A program made the position numbers and the translations under genes. Shown here one piece after another: positions 17,410-28,190 of a DNA stretch of 64,000 nt. The notes beneath the pieces are model-generated. The model was not told the DNA's origin. It was given only the letters and a program-made list of their open reading frames with translations, and did no database searches. The stretch is taken from contig CP064996.1 in the NCBI GenBank assembly GCA_016699995.1, positions 74,357 through 138,356 on the forward strand, in the 5' to 3' direction. This DNA is from a bacterium. GTDB lineage: Bacteria; Patescibacteriota; Doudnabacteria; UBA920. Position 1 is the stretch's first letter. Each line of letters begins with the position of its first letter.

Positions 17410-17967
17410 ATGGCGCAAATTTTTGTTCGACAGGCTCAGTCACCTAAAGCTAAATCGAGAAAAAAGAAGATCAGATTTGCGGGCGGAGTAGTTCTGCCAA
17501 AAACCTTCTTGGTTATCTGGCATAATCAGCACGATGACAAAGTTGTCATCAAGCATCAGTCCATGGTTTGCAACGAAGATTGCCAGCATCCAAACAGTCT
17601 AATAACAGCTGTGAACTTGTCCGAAGTTTCTGTCTATTTTTGTTTCCTGCCTATGCACGAGCAAATGGAAGCATACACCCAGCTCATTAACTTGATTGCA
17701 AAGACCAGTCATCAGGCTATTTCTGAGCAGGGCGGAAAGCTTCTGCCCAGCGCGCTGAAAAGGTTTTATGTCAGAGCGATGAAGTTTTTTAGGGGTCTTA
17801 GCGCAGGGAGCTTTGTAACAGATGTGTTCATCAAAAAAGTTCTGCAGCTAGTGCGGACCATCTGGAGACATGGCCAAAATTACCTGGACTATAGCCGCCG
17901 GAATCTGGCTGCAAACACACCGGCCGAGTCGTTAGAACTGCAATCTGCGACGCCGTACATATGTTGA
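17410..17967 (+). CDS. Hypothetical protein. The start is set at the ATG preceded by GGAGG; the longer ORF from 17350 lacks an RBS.
   Basis: 'accGGAGGcaatATG' precedes the start. The N-terminus is basic. No recognisable domain. Confidence 0.4.
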   Translation: MAQIFVRQAQSPKAKSRKKKIRFAGGVVLPKTFLVIWHNQHDDKVVIKHQSMVCNEDCQHPNSLITAVNLSEVSVYFCFLPMHEQMEAYTQLINLIAKTSHQAISEQGGKLLPSALKRFYVRAMKFFRGLSAGSFVTDVFIKKVLQLVRTIWRHGQNYLDYSRRNLAANTPAESLELQSATPYIC

Positions 17968-18085
17968 ATTATAACCGCCTTCTTCCGGCGGTTTTATTAC
18001 GCCGGTATTGACCAAAAAGCCTAGAAATGATATAAACTAGAGTTGCCTCTGGGCATACAAGTTTAGGAATAGAGGAGGAATTACA

Positions 18086-19099
18086 ATGAGCACCACTACC
18101 ATTGGCAGCGAAAAGCTTTACCGTGAAAGGGTGAATAAGGTGCGCAGTCGCATCGATGTTGGGTCCTGGTGGGAATTCCGCAAGAAGACCCGTGTGCAGC
18201 AGTTAGAGTATCTGGCCAATCAGGCCAGGAATGAAGGCGACATGGCTTTGCATGACCACCTGCAAGAGAGAATAGAACAATACCAGCAGCGAGCCCGTCA
18301 AACCTTGGCAGAAGGGGGTGATTTGGAATCTCGGGCTGAGGCTTTGGAAAAGGCATATAAGACCGGTCCAAACCTGTTGGCTCTGTTTATACAAATTATC
18401 AGCTTCATCTACAGATGGCTGGGGCGTAATAAATACAATTTTATGGGCATAGCTTCGGCGCTTATCGTACTTAGCTGCGCTAGCTACATAGTCCTGTACT
18501 TCTTTGCTTTGGGCTTATGGATTCCGGTCGTCATCATGACTATTGGCGCAATCATAGGCGTGATCGCAATTTGGTATAACTCTGACTATGCACCTGACCT
18601 CGTTACTGCTTGCGGTGTGTTCGTCGTCGGGGCCTTGGTCTTGAGCGGGGTATTTAGATTTGTAGGAACGCCCGGGGTCTTATACTTCTCAGAAAAACTT
18701 TATGAGGTTTCTGATGGCAAGGTCTTGACCAAGCATACCAACGAGCGCACAGGCGAGAATGACAAAAGAGACAGTGCTGGATATATGTTTCCAACGCCTC
18801 GATCCGGCAGCGTTTTGCAGAGCTTTGACACCAAAACTTTGAACTGGGCTCTGCCCACGGTCTATGACGGCAAAGAGAGAACCATGTTCGTGGAGCTGGT
18901 TCGAACCGTAAATATCGAAGTGGGCGACCAGCTCACTTTGACGCCGGAGCAGTACGAACAGGAAACGAACCATAATGTAGCCAAGCTAGTCGGAGCTGCT
19001 GCGATGCAGGGCAATGATGCGGTGGGTGCTCTGAGGGAAAAAATAACTTTTTCGACCGATTTGTATAAGGTGGTCGCGACGGTTAAAGTAAGTCAATAA
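18086..19099 (+). CDS. Hypothetical membrane protein with a cytoplasmic coiled-coil N-terminus, three TM helices and a C-terminal soluble domain
   Basis: Strong RBS 'GAGGAGGaattacaATG'. Hydrophobic segments lie at aa ~110-190. Confidence 0.55.
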   Translation: MSTTTIGSEKLYRERVNKVRSRIDVGSWWEFRKKTRVQQLEYLANQARNEGDMALHDHLQERIEQYQQRARQTLAEGGDLESRAEALEKAYKTGPNLLALFIQIISFIYRWLGRNKYNFMGIASALIVLSCASYIVLYFFALGLWIPVVIMTIGAIIGVIAIWYNSDYAPDLVTACGVFVVGALVLSGVFRFVGTPGVLYFSEKLYEVSDGKVLTKHTNERTGENDKRDSAGYMFPTPRSGSVLQSFDTKTLNWALPTVYDGKERTMFVELVRTVNIEVGDQLTLTPEQYEQETNHNVAKLVGAAAMQGNDAVGALREKITFSTDLYKVVATVKVSQ

Positions 19100-19210
19100 A
19101 TAAACGCATGAATTTCTCATGCGTTTTTTATATTTACATCTGCATAGCGGCAGTAATCTTAGAAGTCATCCGATAGGTATGAAGCTGACCTCCGGTGCCC
19201 GAGCAGTTGC

Positions 19211-20530
19211 TTAGGTCTTCTTTATCAGGTGGATCTTAATTGGTGTTCCCCAGAAATCCAACTTTTTGATTATCTCCTTTTCCAGGTAGCGCTTGTACTG
19301 CGTAGAAATCGCAGCAGGGTGATTAACGATCAGTTCGAACATTGGCGCATGGGTGCCAATCTGGCGGAGTCCATGGACTTTGGGAGCTTTCTGGTCTAGC
19401 ATGCGGCGCGGCGGATTTTTCTTTAAGGTATATTCCAGCAGCTGGTCTATATCTTCTTGGGCGATTTCTTTGCCGCGGGCTTGGTAAATTGGCTCGATGG
19501 CCTTGAGTGCCTTATTTATATTATCTCCGGATTGGGCGGATACAAAGAATACAGGTGCAAACCACAAGAAAGGGAAATGATGCGAGACATAGTCTTGCAG
19601 CTGCTTTTCATCGCCATCAAATTTATCCATCTTGTTAGCGACGATCACAACACCCTTGCCAAGTTCCAGTATATCTCCGGCAATAGCCATGTCCTGCTTG
19701 GTAATTTCTTCGGTAGCATCAATCACAAACAGCACCACTTCGCTTTTTCGAATGGATTTAAAAGTCTGGAACACCGAAAACACATCGGGCTGTGCCTGAC
19801 GGTAAGACTTTTTCTTTAGCCCGGCCGTATCTATAAATGTGAAATCCGTCCCATTAAATTTAACGGACACATCGATCGATGTTCGAGTGGTGCCCGGGAT
19901 GTCTGACACGACCACGCGCTCCTCGCCTAGGATTTTATTTATCAGGCTGGATTTGCCTACGTTAGGCTTGCCTACAATCGCGACTGGTATGCCGGGAATT
20001 TTTTCCGGCGCGGGAATCTTTAGCTTTTTGAGCTCGTTGCTAACGTGATCGAGCAGGTCGCCAATGCCCCGGCCGGTAACGCTGGAAATAGGGAAGGCGC
20101 TCTTTATGCCCAGCTTGGCAAAAGATCCGCCGGCTTCCCGAAACTTAACAGGGGAATCAAGCTTGTTAATGGCCAGCACAACTGGCTTTTTGGTTTTTCG
20201 AAATTTAACTACCGTTTTGCGGTCTATGGTGCTCGGATCAGTCTTGCTGTCCACGACGAACAGAATCATATCCGCTTCCACCAAAGCGTTCTCTATTTGC
20301 TCAGAAAGTTCTGCTTCGAGTTCCTGCTTGTTGCCGAAAGTGATGCCGGCTGTGTCCACCAAAGTAAAGTCAACGCCATTCCAGACGGTGTCTACATATT
20401 GACGGTCGCGGGTTGTGCCAGCTACTTCGGAAGTAACTGCCAGCCTGGTTCCGGCAATTTTATTTAGCAAGGTTGATTTGCCTACATTAGGCTCGCCAAC
20501 AATTGCAACGATTGGGAGACGCTGATTCAT
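19211..20530 (-). CDS. der: Ribosome-associated GTPase Der (EngA) with tandem GTPase domains and a KH-like C-terminus
   Basis: Two G1 motifs, 'GEPNVGKST' and 'GKPNVGKSS', plus DTAG and NKxD motifs in both halves. Confidence 0.95.
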   Translation of the reverse strand: MNQRLPIVAIVGEPNVGKSTLLNKIAGTRLAVTSEVAGTTRDRQYVDTVWNGVDFTLVDTAGITFGNKQELEAELSEQIENALVEADMILFVVDSKTDPSTIDRKTVVKFRKTKKPVVLAINKLDSPVKFREAGGSFAKLGIKSAFPISSVTGRGIGDLLDHVSNELKKLKIPAPEKIPGIPVAIVGKPNVGKSSLINKILGEERVVVSDIPGTTRTSIDVSVKFNGTDFTFIDTAGLKKKSYRQAQPDVFSVFQTFKSIRKSEVVLFVIDATEEITKQDMAIAGDILELGKGVVIVANKMDKFDGDEKQLQDYVSHHFPFLWFAPVFFVSAQSGDNINKALKAIEPIYQARGKEIAQEDIDQLLEYTLKKNPPRRMLDQKAPKVHGLRQIGTHAPMFELIVNHPAAISTQYKRYLEKEIIKKLDFWGTPIKIHLIKKT

Positions 20531-20560
20531 ATTTTAAAAATTAAGTTTTAATACCCGAGT

Positions 20561-22021
20561 CTACTGAGGATTTTCGCCGAGGATGACAATTACATCTACT
20601 TTGGCCGGATCGATTTTAATACCGGGTGGAGCCAGCGATACTTCGCTAGCGTTTAGCTGGTCTTTAATTAGGTTAATTGTAGCTTCCTTATGATTAACTG
20701 GGTATACAACACTTTGGGTTAAAGGTTTGCCGGTATAAATGACCTTGTAAACGGTGAGACCATTGTTAACGAGTTCGGCTTCGGCTTTTTTATATAGCTT
20801 GCCGGCAACCGAGCTGTCGGCCAGCCAGACGGTAGCTTTTTCTGCAGTGACCTGGCCGGTGGAGAAGCTGTTCTTGAAGTAGTCAGCGATGTCTTCACTG
20901 GTTTTTCCAGGGCAGATTGTAAGCACATAAGCTCCGTTGGTTTCTAAGACTTCCGGGCAGATGAGGTTCGAGGTCGGGTCGAGGCTTAAGCTTGCAATCT
21001 GGTCGCTGCCTAAGTCTTTGCCGATGTTGTACAAGCGAATCATTTCTCCAGCGCTTAGGTTGGTATGGAAGTGATCGCCGACAATGGTGAACAGCTCATT
21101 GATCTTTCCGGCATCGGAGATCAGATTAAGCGAGATGAGCTTTGCTTTTGAGGCTGCGATGATTTTTTGCTGGCGCGCGCTGCGGGCGAAGTCGGTGCCT
21201 TCTGGTCCGGCTGCGTGTCTGGAGCGGGCAAAGATCAGAGCGCGTTCACCGTTCATCACTTCGACTCCCTCCTTAAAAGTAACAGCCGGAATATAGCCGC
21301 CGGTATTGTTCGGGAAAGTATAGTCGGTGAAGGTTCGCTCTACGTTAACTTCTACGCCACCGAGCAGGTTAACAGTTTTTTTAAAGCCCTCAAAATCTAC
21401 AACTGCAAAGTAGGGTATGTCTAAACCGGAAATTTTTTCTACGACTTCTAAGGTAGCGTTTCCGGCCTTTTCCCAGTTTTTATCCTTGCTGAAAGTTTCT
21501 GCAAATACTGCGTTGATTTTTCTTTGGCCTAACTCTTTTGTGTTAACCAAATAATCGCGGGGTATGGAAATGAGGGTAGCCTTCTTATCGCCTGGACGAA
21601 TCTGCGCCACTATCAGAGTATCGGATAAGTATGGGCCGTCGTGGCCGACCCCGCCGATGCCGAGAAGCAAGATATTGATCTGGCCGTCTTTTTCTCCTAG
21701 CAGCTTGCTGCCCGTTTGGCTGGATATAATATTTGCCACTTGTCCGAATAGGCTATGGTTGCTGCCGACAAAAATTTTATCCAATAAGTTGGTGGCACGC
21801 ACTGCAGCGACTCCGCCCAGAGCTATGATAATAACAATAATGAAGCCAAGGATGACTTTTAAGGTTCTGCGAGATCTCTTCTGAGGCTCAGAAGGAGGTA
21901 GTGGTTCTGCAATTGATTTAAGGCCAAAAGACTTTGGCTTATTTTCGGTTAAAAAATCATCGGCGGAAGATTTGCCGGTGTTATCGATGTTCGTGCTCTT
22001 AATTTTTGGAGATGAAGGCAT
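20561..22021 (-). CDS. LytR-CpsA-Psr (LCP) family cell-envelope phosphotransferase with a LytR_C-like C-terminal domain
   Basis: N-terminal TM anchor. LCP core 'INILLLGIGG...DTLIVAQI...ISIPRDYLV'. 486 aa. Confidence 0.85.
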   Translation of the reverse strand: MPSSPKIKSTNIDNTGKSSADDFLTENKPKSFGLKSIAEPLPPSEPQKRSRRTLKVILGFIIVIIIALGGVAAVRATNLLDKIFVGSNHSLFGQVANIISSQTGSKLLGEKDGQINILLLGIGGVGHDGPYLSDTLIVAQIRPGDKKATLISIPRDYLVNTKELGQRKINAVFAETFSKDKNWEKAGNATLEVVEKISGLDIPYFAVVDFEGFKKTVNLLGGVEVNVERTFTDYTFPNNTGGYIPAVTFKEGVEVMNGERALIFARSRHAAGPEGTDFARSARQQKIIAASKAKLISLNLISDAGKINELFTIVGDHFHTNLSAGEMIRLYNIGKDLGSDQIASLSLDPTSNLICPEVLETNGAYVLTICPGKTSEDIADYFKNSFSTGQVTAEKATVWLADSSVAGKLYKKAEAELVNNGLTVYKVIYTGKPLTQSVVYPVNHKEATINLIKDQLNASEVSLAPPGIKIDPAKVDVIVILGENPQ

Positions 22022-22216
22022 AAAGAAATTCCAGATAAATACTCGTATATTATACCTAATCGGGAACGTTTAGTTAAGGGCATAAATTTAAGAAAATTCT
22101 GTAAATTTTAGCTCTTATTTTAAGGTTTTAGCCCTTGCACAGGTATGCTTCCGGTGTTATAGTTCAGATGTTATTTACCCAAAAAACATCACTAAAGATT
22201 AATTACGAAACAAAAT

Positions 22217-22828
22217 ATGTCCGAATCAAAAATCACAATCGAAGCAGTAGACGAAAACGAGCAGAAGCCGACTGTTAATTCTTTTTTGTGGGAGCTTATC
22301 CGAATTATTGTCATTGCAGTTGTTTTGATGTTCATTATTAGAATCTTTGTCGCTGAGCCGTTTGTGGTTTCTGGCTCTTCTATGGTGCCAAATTTCCATG
22401 ATCGCGAATATCTGGTCGTCGACAAGATGACTTACCGGTTTAACGAACCAGCTCGCGGCGATGTAATCATCTTCCGCTACCCGAAAGATACCTCCCAGTA
22501 TTTCATTAAGCGCATTATAGGCTTACCGGGCGAAAAAGTTCAGATCGATAATGGCCGTGTTAAGCTGTTTACTAAAGAATATCCAGAAGGAACTTACATC
22601 AATGAGCCTTATCTGCCTAACAATGACGTTACTTTCGGCAAGGACGAGATTGTCACTTTGGGCGACAATGAGTATTACGTGATGGGCGATAACCGCTTGG
22701 CCTCCAGTGACTCCCGAGTATGGGGCATTTTGCCGAAACATGATATTGTCGGCATTGCCTGGTTGCGCGCCTTCCCTATAAGTACATTTGGATTGCCAAG
22801 TTTTGATGAAGCCGAATTTAATAAATAG
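22217..22828 (+). CDS. lepB: Signal peptidase I
   Basis: N-terminal TM helix. Catalytic Ser box 'VSGSSMVP', Lys box 'KRIIGLPGE' and 'GDNRLASSDSRVWG'. Confidence 0.9.
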   Translation: MSESKITIEAVDENEQKPTVNSFLWELIRIIVIAVVLMFIIRIFVAEPFVVSGSSMVPNFHDREYLVVDKMTYRFNEPARGDVIIFRYPKDTSQYFIKRIIGLPGEKVQIDNGRVKLFTKEYPEGTYINEPYLPNNDVTFGKDEIVTLGDNEYYVMGDNRLASSDSRVWGILPKHDIVGIAWLRAFPISTFGLPSFDEAEFNK

Positions 22829-22839
22829 AGATTATTATA

Positions 22840-24126
22840 ATGACTAAAGTTGCAAAAAAAATACCAGCTGCTACCAAACCAGGAAGCCTGAACGGATTGA
22901 AGGAGATTTTTACCCAGAGCGGGCCATACTGGAACACTATTTTAAAGCGCTTGCATAAAACCAGCCGTAGCTATGGCTTTTTGCCAATAGAAACTCCGAT
23001 CGTAGAAGATGAGAAGACTTATAATGATATTTACCGCGACCAGCCGCATATCTTGCAGCGCACTATATATACCCAGCTCGGCACTAAATCTGTAGCCCTC
23101 CGCTCTAGCGTATTGCCCTCGGTTTTGCGCTATTACGTACAAAACAAGGTTTCGGAATCTGAGCCAATGTCCAAGTGGTTCTACCTCGATAATGTAGTGG
23201 AACAGGACGAACGGCAGGCGGCGCATTTCGGCTATCAGTTTGGCTTCGAAGTGTTGGGTTCGTTCAATCACTTATCCGAAGCTCAGGTCATTAGCGCGGT
23301 GTGGGAATTTTTAAAGCGCTTAGGGCTTGAGGAAAGCATACAGATTGAAATCAACATGCTGGGGGATAGTGGTTCGCAGTCCAGCTACCAAAACGTTTTG
23401 CGCGATTACCTTAAGGGCAAGGACTTTGACCTGTGTGAAGACTGCGTTAATCATTTGCCGGTTCGGGCTTTGAATGCCTTGCGCTGCAAAAATCTTAACT
23501 GCCAGCTGGTGGTTGCAGAAGCTCCTAGCGTTTTAGATTATTTAGACGAAAATTCCAAAACTCATTTCACCAATGTTCTGGAGGCTTTAGACGAATTGGC
23601 TATCCCGTATCAGCTGAATCAGTATTATGCGGGGCCTCAAGGAACCACTCTCACCAATTTTGTAATCAAGTACGTTGGCGGTAAAGATTCGCTAGTAATT
23701 GGCGAAGGCGCTCATCATGAACAGCTTTCTAAGAACATGGCTGGCAAGCTAATCCCGGCATTCGGGTTCATCGGCAATCTGGCAACTGTTGCCAAGGCCA
23801 TGGAGCTTTCCGAGATAGAAGCGGAAAAAGATTTTAACAGCGAAGTATTTTTGGTTCCACTAGGCGAATTGGCGGCTAAGAAGAGCCTTCGACTATTCCG
23901 CGATTTGGTTTCTAGTAATATCAAAGTCCATGATCACTTTGGCAGCGAAGGCGTAAAGAACCAGCTCAAGGCAGCTCAGGAATATAAGGCGCCGATTGCT
24001 TTGATTATGGGGCAGAAGGAAGCAATGGATGAAATGGTTATTCTCCGTGATGTAAAAAGCGGGATGCAGGAAGTATTTCCTTACGAAAAGATTATCGAAG
24101 AAGTATGTAAGCGTTTGGGACGCTAG
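22840..24126 (+). CDS. Class II aminoacyl-tRNA synthetase-like protein, a divergent HisRS-like paralogue with a C-terminal anticodon-binding-type domain
   Basis: 428 aa. It has HisRS-like architecture and 'ALRSSVLPSVLRYY', but degenerate motif 2 ('WFYLDNVV...' where 'fRyE' is expected). It carries an extra Cys cluster 'CEDC...CKNLNC'. The C-terminal alpha/beta domain is typical of HisRS, GlyRS and ProRS anticodon-binding domains. Confidence 0.65.
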   Translation: MTKVAKKIPAATKPGSLNGLKEIFTQSGPYWNTILKRLHKTSRSYGFLPIETPIVEDEKTYNDIYRDQPHILQRTIYTQLGTKSVALRSSVLPSVLRYYVQNKVSESEPMSKWFYLDNVVEQDERQAAHFGYQFGFEVLGSFNHLSEAQVISAVWEFLKRLGLEESIQIEINMLGDSGSQSSYQNVLRDYLKGKDFDLCEDCVNHLPVRALNALRCKNLNCQLVVAEAPSVLDYLDENSKTHFTNVLEALDELAIPYQLNQYYAGPQGTTLTNFVIKYVGGKDSLVIGEGAHHEQLSKNMAGKLIPAFGFIGNLATVAKAMELSEIEAEKDFNSEVFLVPLGELAAKKSLRLFRDLVSSNIKVHDHFGSEGVKNQLKAAQEYKAPIALIMGQKEAMDEMVILRDVKSGMQEVFPYEKIIEEVCKRLGR

Positions 24127-24148
24127 TTAATAAGTAATATTTAAAGCC

Positions 24149-24487
24149 ATGGCCGACAACTGTATATTTTGCAACATCATTAACAGGGAAGCTAACTCCG
24201 AAATTATCGCAGAGACCGATAACGTGATCGTCATCCGCGATATTATGCCCAAGGCTCCTGTGCACTTGCAGGTGATTTCTAAGCAGCATATTCCGTCTGT
24301 GAATGATTTAACAGAAGACGATAGCGTTCTCATTGGCCAGATGATTTTGGCAGCCCAGTCTGCCGCGCGCGCATCCGGAGTGGCGGAGTCGGGTTATAAA
24401 CTGGTTTGGAATGTCGGCCGTGACGGCGGCCAGGTTATTCCTCATATCCATATCCACGTGCTTGGTGGTAAACAGTTGGAAGAATAA
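24149..24487 (+). CDS. HIT (histidine triad) family nucleotide hydrolase
   Basis: 'CIFCNII' N-terminus and the 'HIHIHVLGG' histidine triad. Confidence 0.9.
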   Translation: MADNCIFCNIINREANSEIIAETDNVIVIRDIMPKAPVHLQVISKQHIPSVNDLTEDDSVLIGQMILAAQSAARASGVAESGYKLVWNVGRDGGQVIPHIHIHVLGGKQLEE

Positions 24488-24496
24488 GATAAATTG

Positions 24497-24532
24497 AACC
24501 GCGCTGCCTAAAATGCAGCGCGGTTTTTTGAT
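24497..24532 (+). terminator. Intrinsic terminator
   Basis: 'aaccgcgctgcctaaaatgcagcgcggttttttgattt'. The 3' half is nearly identical to the terminator at 16520. Confidence 0.7.
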
Positions 24533-24623
24533 TTGACCGCCATGCCTAAATGCAGTATAATTACAGCATATTTAAGACTAACCGGAGGTATTTGGTTGGT
24601 TTTTAGAAAAGAGGTGAGTTCAA

Positions 24624-24860
24624 TTGGTAGAAGTAAAACGTAAAGAAAACGAATCATTCGACAGTTTGTTAAGACGATTTAACCGCAAAATTCAACAAAG
24701 CGGTGTTTTAGTGCGTGCGCGTAAAACTCGTTTCTTTGAACCTGAGAAGAGCCGTAATTTGCAAAGAACTATTGCTATCCGCCGTAGCGAACTTCGCGAA
24801 ATCCGCGAAGAGCAGAAGCGAACTGGTAAAGTACTCAAGCCTGTTAAGAAGGGTCGCTAG
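24624..24860 (+). CDS. rpsU: 30S ribosomal protein S21
   Basis: 78 aa. 'VEVKRKENESFDSLLRRFNRK...RKTRFFEPEKSRNLQR' matches the S21 family. Confidence 0.92.
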   Translation: MVEVKRKENESFDSLLRRFNRKIQQSGVLVRARKTRFFEPEKSRNLQRTIAIRRSELREIREEQKRTGKVLKPVKKGR

Positions 24861-24914
24861 GCCTGGCTTGCAGGATAACCGTTAATTGTTTCCTCAATCA
24901 TTTAAGAGAAGTTA

Positions 24915-25358
24915 ATGGATTTATCACTAACTCAAATTGAAACTCTCCTCAAGGAGAAATTAAAAGAAAAAAACCAATTAGCAGTCGACACATTGCGCGG
25001 CTTAAAGACTCGTATTACTAACGAGCAAATCTCCAAAGGTAGTGAATTAACTAGCGAAGAGATTTTAGCTTTGGTTAAATCCGAATCCAAGCGCCGCAAG
25101 GAAGCCGCCGACAGCTTTAAGGCCGGCGGACGGGAAGACAGCGCGGCCAAGGAACTAGCAGAAGCAGAGGTCTTGGCGCAGTTTTTACCTGAGCAGGTAT
25201 CGGAAGAAGAAATTGCCAGAGTGGCAGATGAAAAGATTGCAGCCGAAGGCTGGGTAGCAAGCGACTTTGGCAAAGCTATGGGTGCGCTTAAGCAGCAATT
25301 TGGCAACTCCGCAGATGGGGGAGCGATCGCGAAGATTTTGAAAGAAAAGTTAAAATAA
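24915..25358 (+). CDS. GatB/YqeY domain protein
   Basis: 147 aa with a helical YqeY-like sequence. It is commonly linked to rpsU. Confidence 0.8.
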   Translation: MDLSLTQIETLLKEKLKEKNQLAVDTLRGLKTRITNEQISKGSELTSEEILALVKSESKRRKEAADSFKAGGREDSAAKELAEAEVLAQFLPEQVSEEEIARVADEKIAAEGWVASDFGKAMGALKQQFGNSADGGAIAKILKEKLK

Positions 25359-25400
25359 TATGAAGGGATGCAGCGCTTGCCGCTGCAGTTGAAAATAAAA

Positions 25401-26648
25401 ATGGCACGAGAACAATATATTGTCGGTCTCGATATCGGCACACAAACAATCCGGGTTGTTCAGGGAAAAGTAGAAGACTCTGGTCGCATTAATATTATCG
25501 GCGCAAGCAGCGTACCAGCTGTGGGTCTTCGTCGCGGCGTAATTGTCGATATCGACGAAGCCGTGTCTTCTATTTCTGCCGTGCTCGAGCGAGTCGAGCG
25601 CATGACCGGCGTGCCGGTCCATAGCGCTAATGTGGCGGTAGGGGGCAATCACATTGCCTGCATCGACTCCAAAGGCGTGATTGCGGTTTCCCGTGCCGAC
25701 GGCGAGATTAGCGAAAACGACGTTGTCCGTGTCATCGATGCCTCCCAGGCTATTTCTATCCCGCCTAACCGCGAGGTTATTCATGTTATCCCTAAAACTT
25801 TCACTTTAGACGGCCAGGCCGGCATCAAAGACCCGCTTGGCATGACCGGCATCCGTTTGGAAGTGGAAACAATCCTTATCCACGGCGCCACCCCTTTTCT
25901 TAAAAATTTGCAGAAGGCTATTTTGCAGGCTGGTTTGGAAATAGATCAGTTGGTGCTGAGCCCAGTTGCTGCAGCTCAGGCCGTGCTTTCCAAGCGTCAG
26001 AAAGAATTAGGCGTGGCTTTGGTAGACTTAGGCGCCGGCACTACCAGCCTGGCCGTGTATGAAGAGAATAATCTGCTTCACACCGCGATCATTCCGGTTG
26101 GCAGCCAGCATATCACCAACGACATCGCGATTGGCTTGCGTTGTACAATTGATACTGCAGAAAAAGTTAAGCTTATGTACGGCGGTGCCTCTCCAAAGCT
26201 GATGGATAAGCTCGCAGAAGTGGATCTTTCTAAGATCGATCAGGAAGAGACAGAGCGGATCCCTCAAACTGTCGTAGGCGAGATTATCGAAGCGCGCTTG
26301 GAAGAAATTTTTGACATGGTGAGCCGTGAGCTAAAGGCTATTTCCCGTGACGGCAAACTTCCGGCGGGGATTGTTCTCACCGGCGGCGGCGCTGTTTTGC
26401 CGGGCGTGGTTGAATATGCCAAGCATCGCTTCCGTTTGCCTGTAACCGTGGGTAGTCCAACAGAAATGGATACCGTCATCGACCAGGTTATCGACCCCTC
26501 TTTTGCCACTGTTGTGGGCTTGGCGCTGTGGGGCGGCAGCTATTCCACGCCTTACTCTAACTTTAATTTTGCTAAACCATTTGAAGGGTTGTGGAATCAT
26601 TCAGTTGTGGTAAAATTGAGGCAGGGCTTAAAGAGATTTATGCCATAG
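25401..26648 (+). CDS. ftsA: Cell division protein FtsA. The start is chosen at 'MAREQYIVGLDIG'; the ORF extends upstream to 25368.
   Basis: Actin-fold 'GLDIGTQTIRVV' phosphate-1 motif and C-terminal 'GIVLTGGGA'. Confidence 0.9.
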   Translation: MAREQYIVGLDIGTQTIRVVQGKVEDSGRINIIGASSVPAVGLRRGVIVDIDEAVSSISAVLERVERMTGVPVHSANVAVGGNHIACIDSKGVIAVSRADGEISENDVVRVIDASQAISIPPNREVIHVIPKTFTLDGQAGIKDPLGMTGIRLEVETILIHGATPFLKNLQKAILQAGLEIDQLVLSPVAAAQAVLSKRQKELGVALVDLGAGTTSLAVYEENNLLHTAIIPVGSQHITNDIAIGLRCTIDTAEKVKLMYGGASPKLMDKLAEVDLSKIDQEETERIPQTVVGEIIEARLEEIFDMVSRELKAISRDGKLPAGIVLTGGGAVLPGVVEYAKHRFRLPVTVGSPTEMDTVIDQVIDPSFATVVGLALWGGSYSTPYSNFNFAKPFEGLWNHSVVVKLRQGLKRFMP

Positions 26649-26829
26649 GGCAAAAACAACCCAAAAACTCGGCAAGAACATAGGCAAAATCGCCTCAGGT
26701 AGAACACAAAACAAAACTTAAAAACGCAAAATAACAAATCGCACTGACCGCAGCTCTCAGCTATAGCTCGGTACTACTTGTTATTTTGTGTTTTATTTTT
26801 TAAACTAAATTATCGTCCCATTTTAAACT

Positions 26830-28056
26830 ATGAAAAAAACTATGGAAGTGAAACCAAAAATCGAAACATTTGCACGAATCAAAGTCTTGGGTATTGGCGG
26901 TTCTGGCACTGCTGCGGTTGATCGCATGAGCGAACTAGGGATCAAAGGGGTAGAATTCGTCTCTATTAATACCGATGCACAGGCATTGCATAACAACCAA
27001 GCAGACAGAAAAGTTCACATTGGCAAAAGCATTACTAAAGGTTTGGGTTCGGGCATGAATCCAGAACTCGGGCGCCAGGCAGCAGAGGAGAGTCAGGAAG
27101 AAATCGAAGACGCAATCAGCAATGCCGATATGATTTTCATCACTTGCGGACTTGGCGGCGGAACTGGTACCGGTGCTGCACCTACTGTTGCAGAGCTAGC
27201 TAAGAATCGGGACATTTTGACTATCGCAGTGGTAACCAAGCCATTTACTTTTGAAGGAAGCAAGCGGCGCGAGGTTGCAGAAACCGGTTATGAAAACTTG
27301 AAAGACAAAGTTGACGCTATTATCACTATCCAGAACGACCGAATATTACAAATCATCGATAAGAAGACTTCTTTGGTAGACGCCTTTAAGACTGTAGACG
27401 ACGTATTGCGCCAGGGTATTGCCGGCATCTCCGATTTGATCACTACCCATGGTTTGGTCAATGCTGATTTCGCCGACGTTCGCACAATCATGCAAGATGC
27501 TGGTACGGCTATGATGGGTATCGGTACTGCTAGCGGCGAAAACCGTGCAGAACTGGCTGCCAAGGCTGCGGTTAACTCTCCGCTGCTCGATATGACTATC
27601 GACGGCGCACAGGGCGTGTTATTCAATATTACCGGTGGTCCGGATTTGGGCATGTTCGAAATCGACGAAGCTGCCAAAGTTATTACCAAAAATGTTGATC
27701 CGGACGCGAAGGTTAAATTTGGTACTGTTATCGATGAAAATATGGCTGACGAACTCCGCATTACTGTTATTGCCACCGGCTTTGACGAAAATAACCGCCG
27801 CCCGACCCCGATTTCCTTTACTTCTCCGATTGATGAACCAGTTATTCCGGCTCGTCCAGTTGCACCAAGCAGGCCCGCTTACAACGAACCGGAAATGGCC
27901 CAGGAAGAAGAGCAGGCAGAACCAGAGCCAGTTGCTGTTCGTAAGCCGTTGTTTAAGCCAAAACCGGTAGAACCGGTCGGAACAATGAATGACGACGATT
28001 TGGTTTCTGGTGATGAGCTAGATATTCCGGCTTTTATACGCAAGAAAATGAAATAA
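26830..28056 (+). CDS. ftsZ: Cell division protein FtsZ
   Basis: 'GIGGSGTAAVDRM', the tubulin signature 'GGGTGTGAAP' and a C-terminal linker with conserved tail. Confidence 0.96.
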   Translation: MKKTMEVKPKIETFARIKVLGIGGSGTAAVDRMSELGIKGVEFVSINTDAQALHNNQADRKVHIGKSITKGLGSGMNPELGRQAAEESQEEIEDAISNADMIFITCGLGGGTGTGAAPTVAELAKNRDILTIAVVTKPFTFEGSKRREVAETGYENLKDKVDAIITIQNDRILQIIDKKTSLVDAFKTVDDVLRQGIAGISDLITTHGLVNADFADVRTIMQDAGTAMMGIGTASGENRAELAAKAAVNSPLLDMTIDGAQGVLFNITGGPDLGMFEIDEAAKVITKNVDPDAKVKFGTVIDENMADELRITVIATGFDENNRRPTPISFTSPIDEPVIPARPVAPSRPAYNEPEMAQEEEQAEPEPVAVRKPLFKPKPVEPVGTMNDDDLVSGDELDIPAFIRKKMK

Positions 28057-28190
28057 ATCTAAATCCCCACAAAAATGCGGGGATTTTATTTTACAAATCG
28101 GCTAAACTATGATATAATACTAGTAAGAGTTAAATTCTGCTGACGTCGAGTCAGCTTTAGAAACAAAAACAAACAAAGTACCACTTAAAA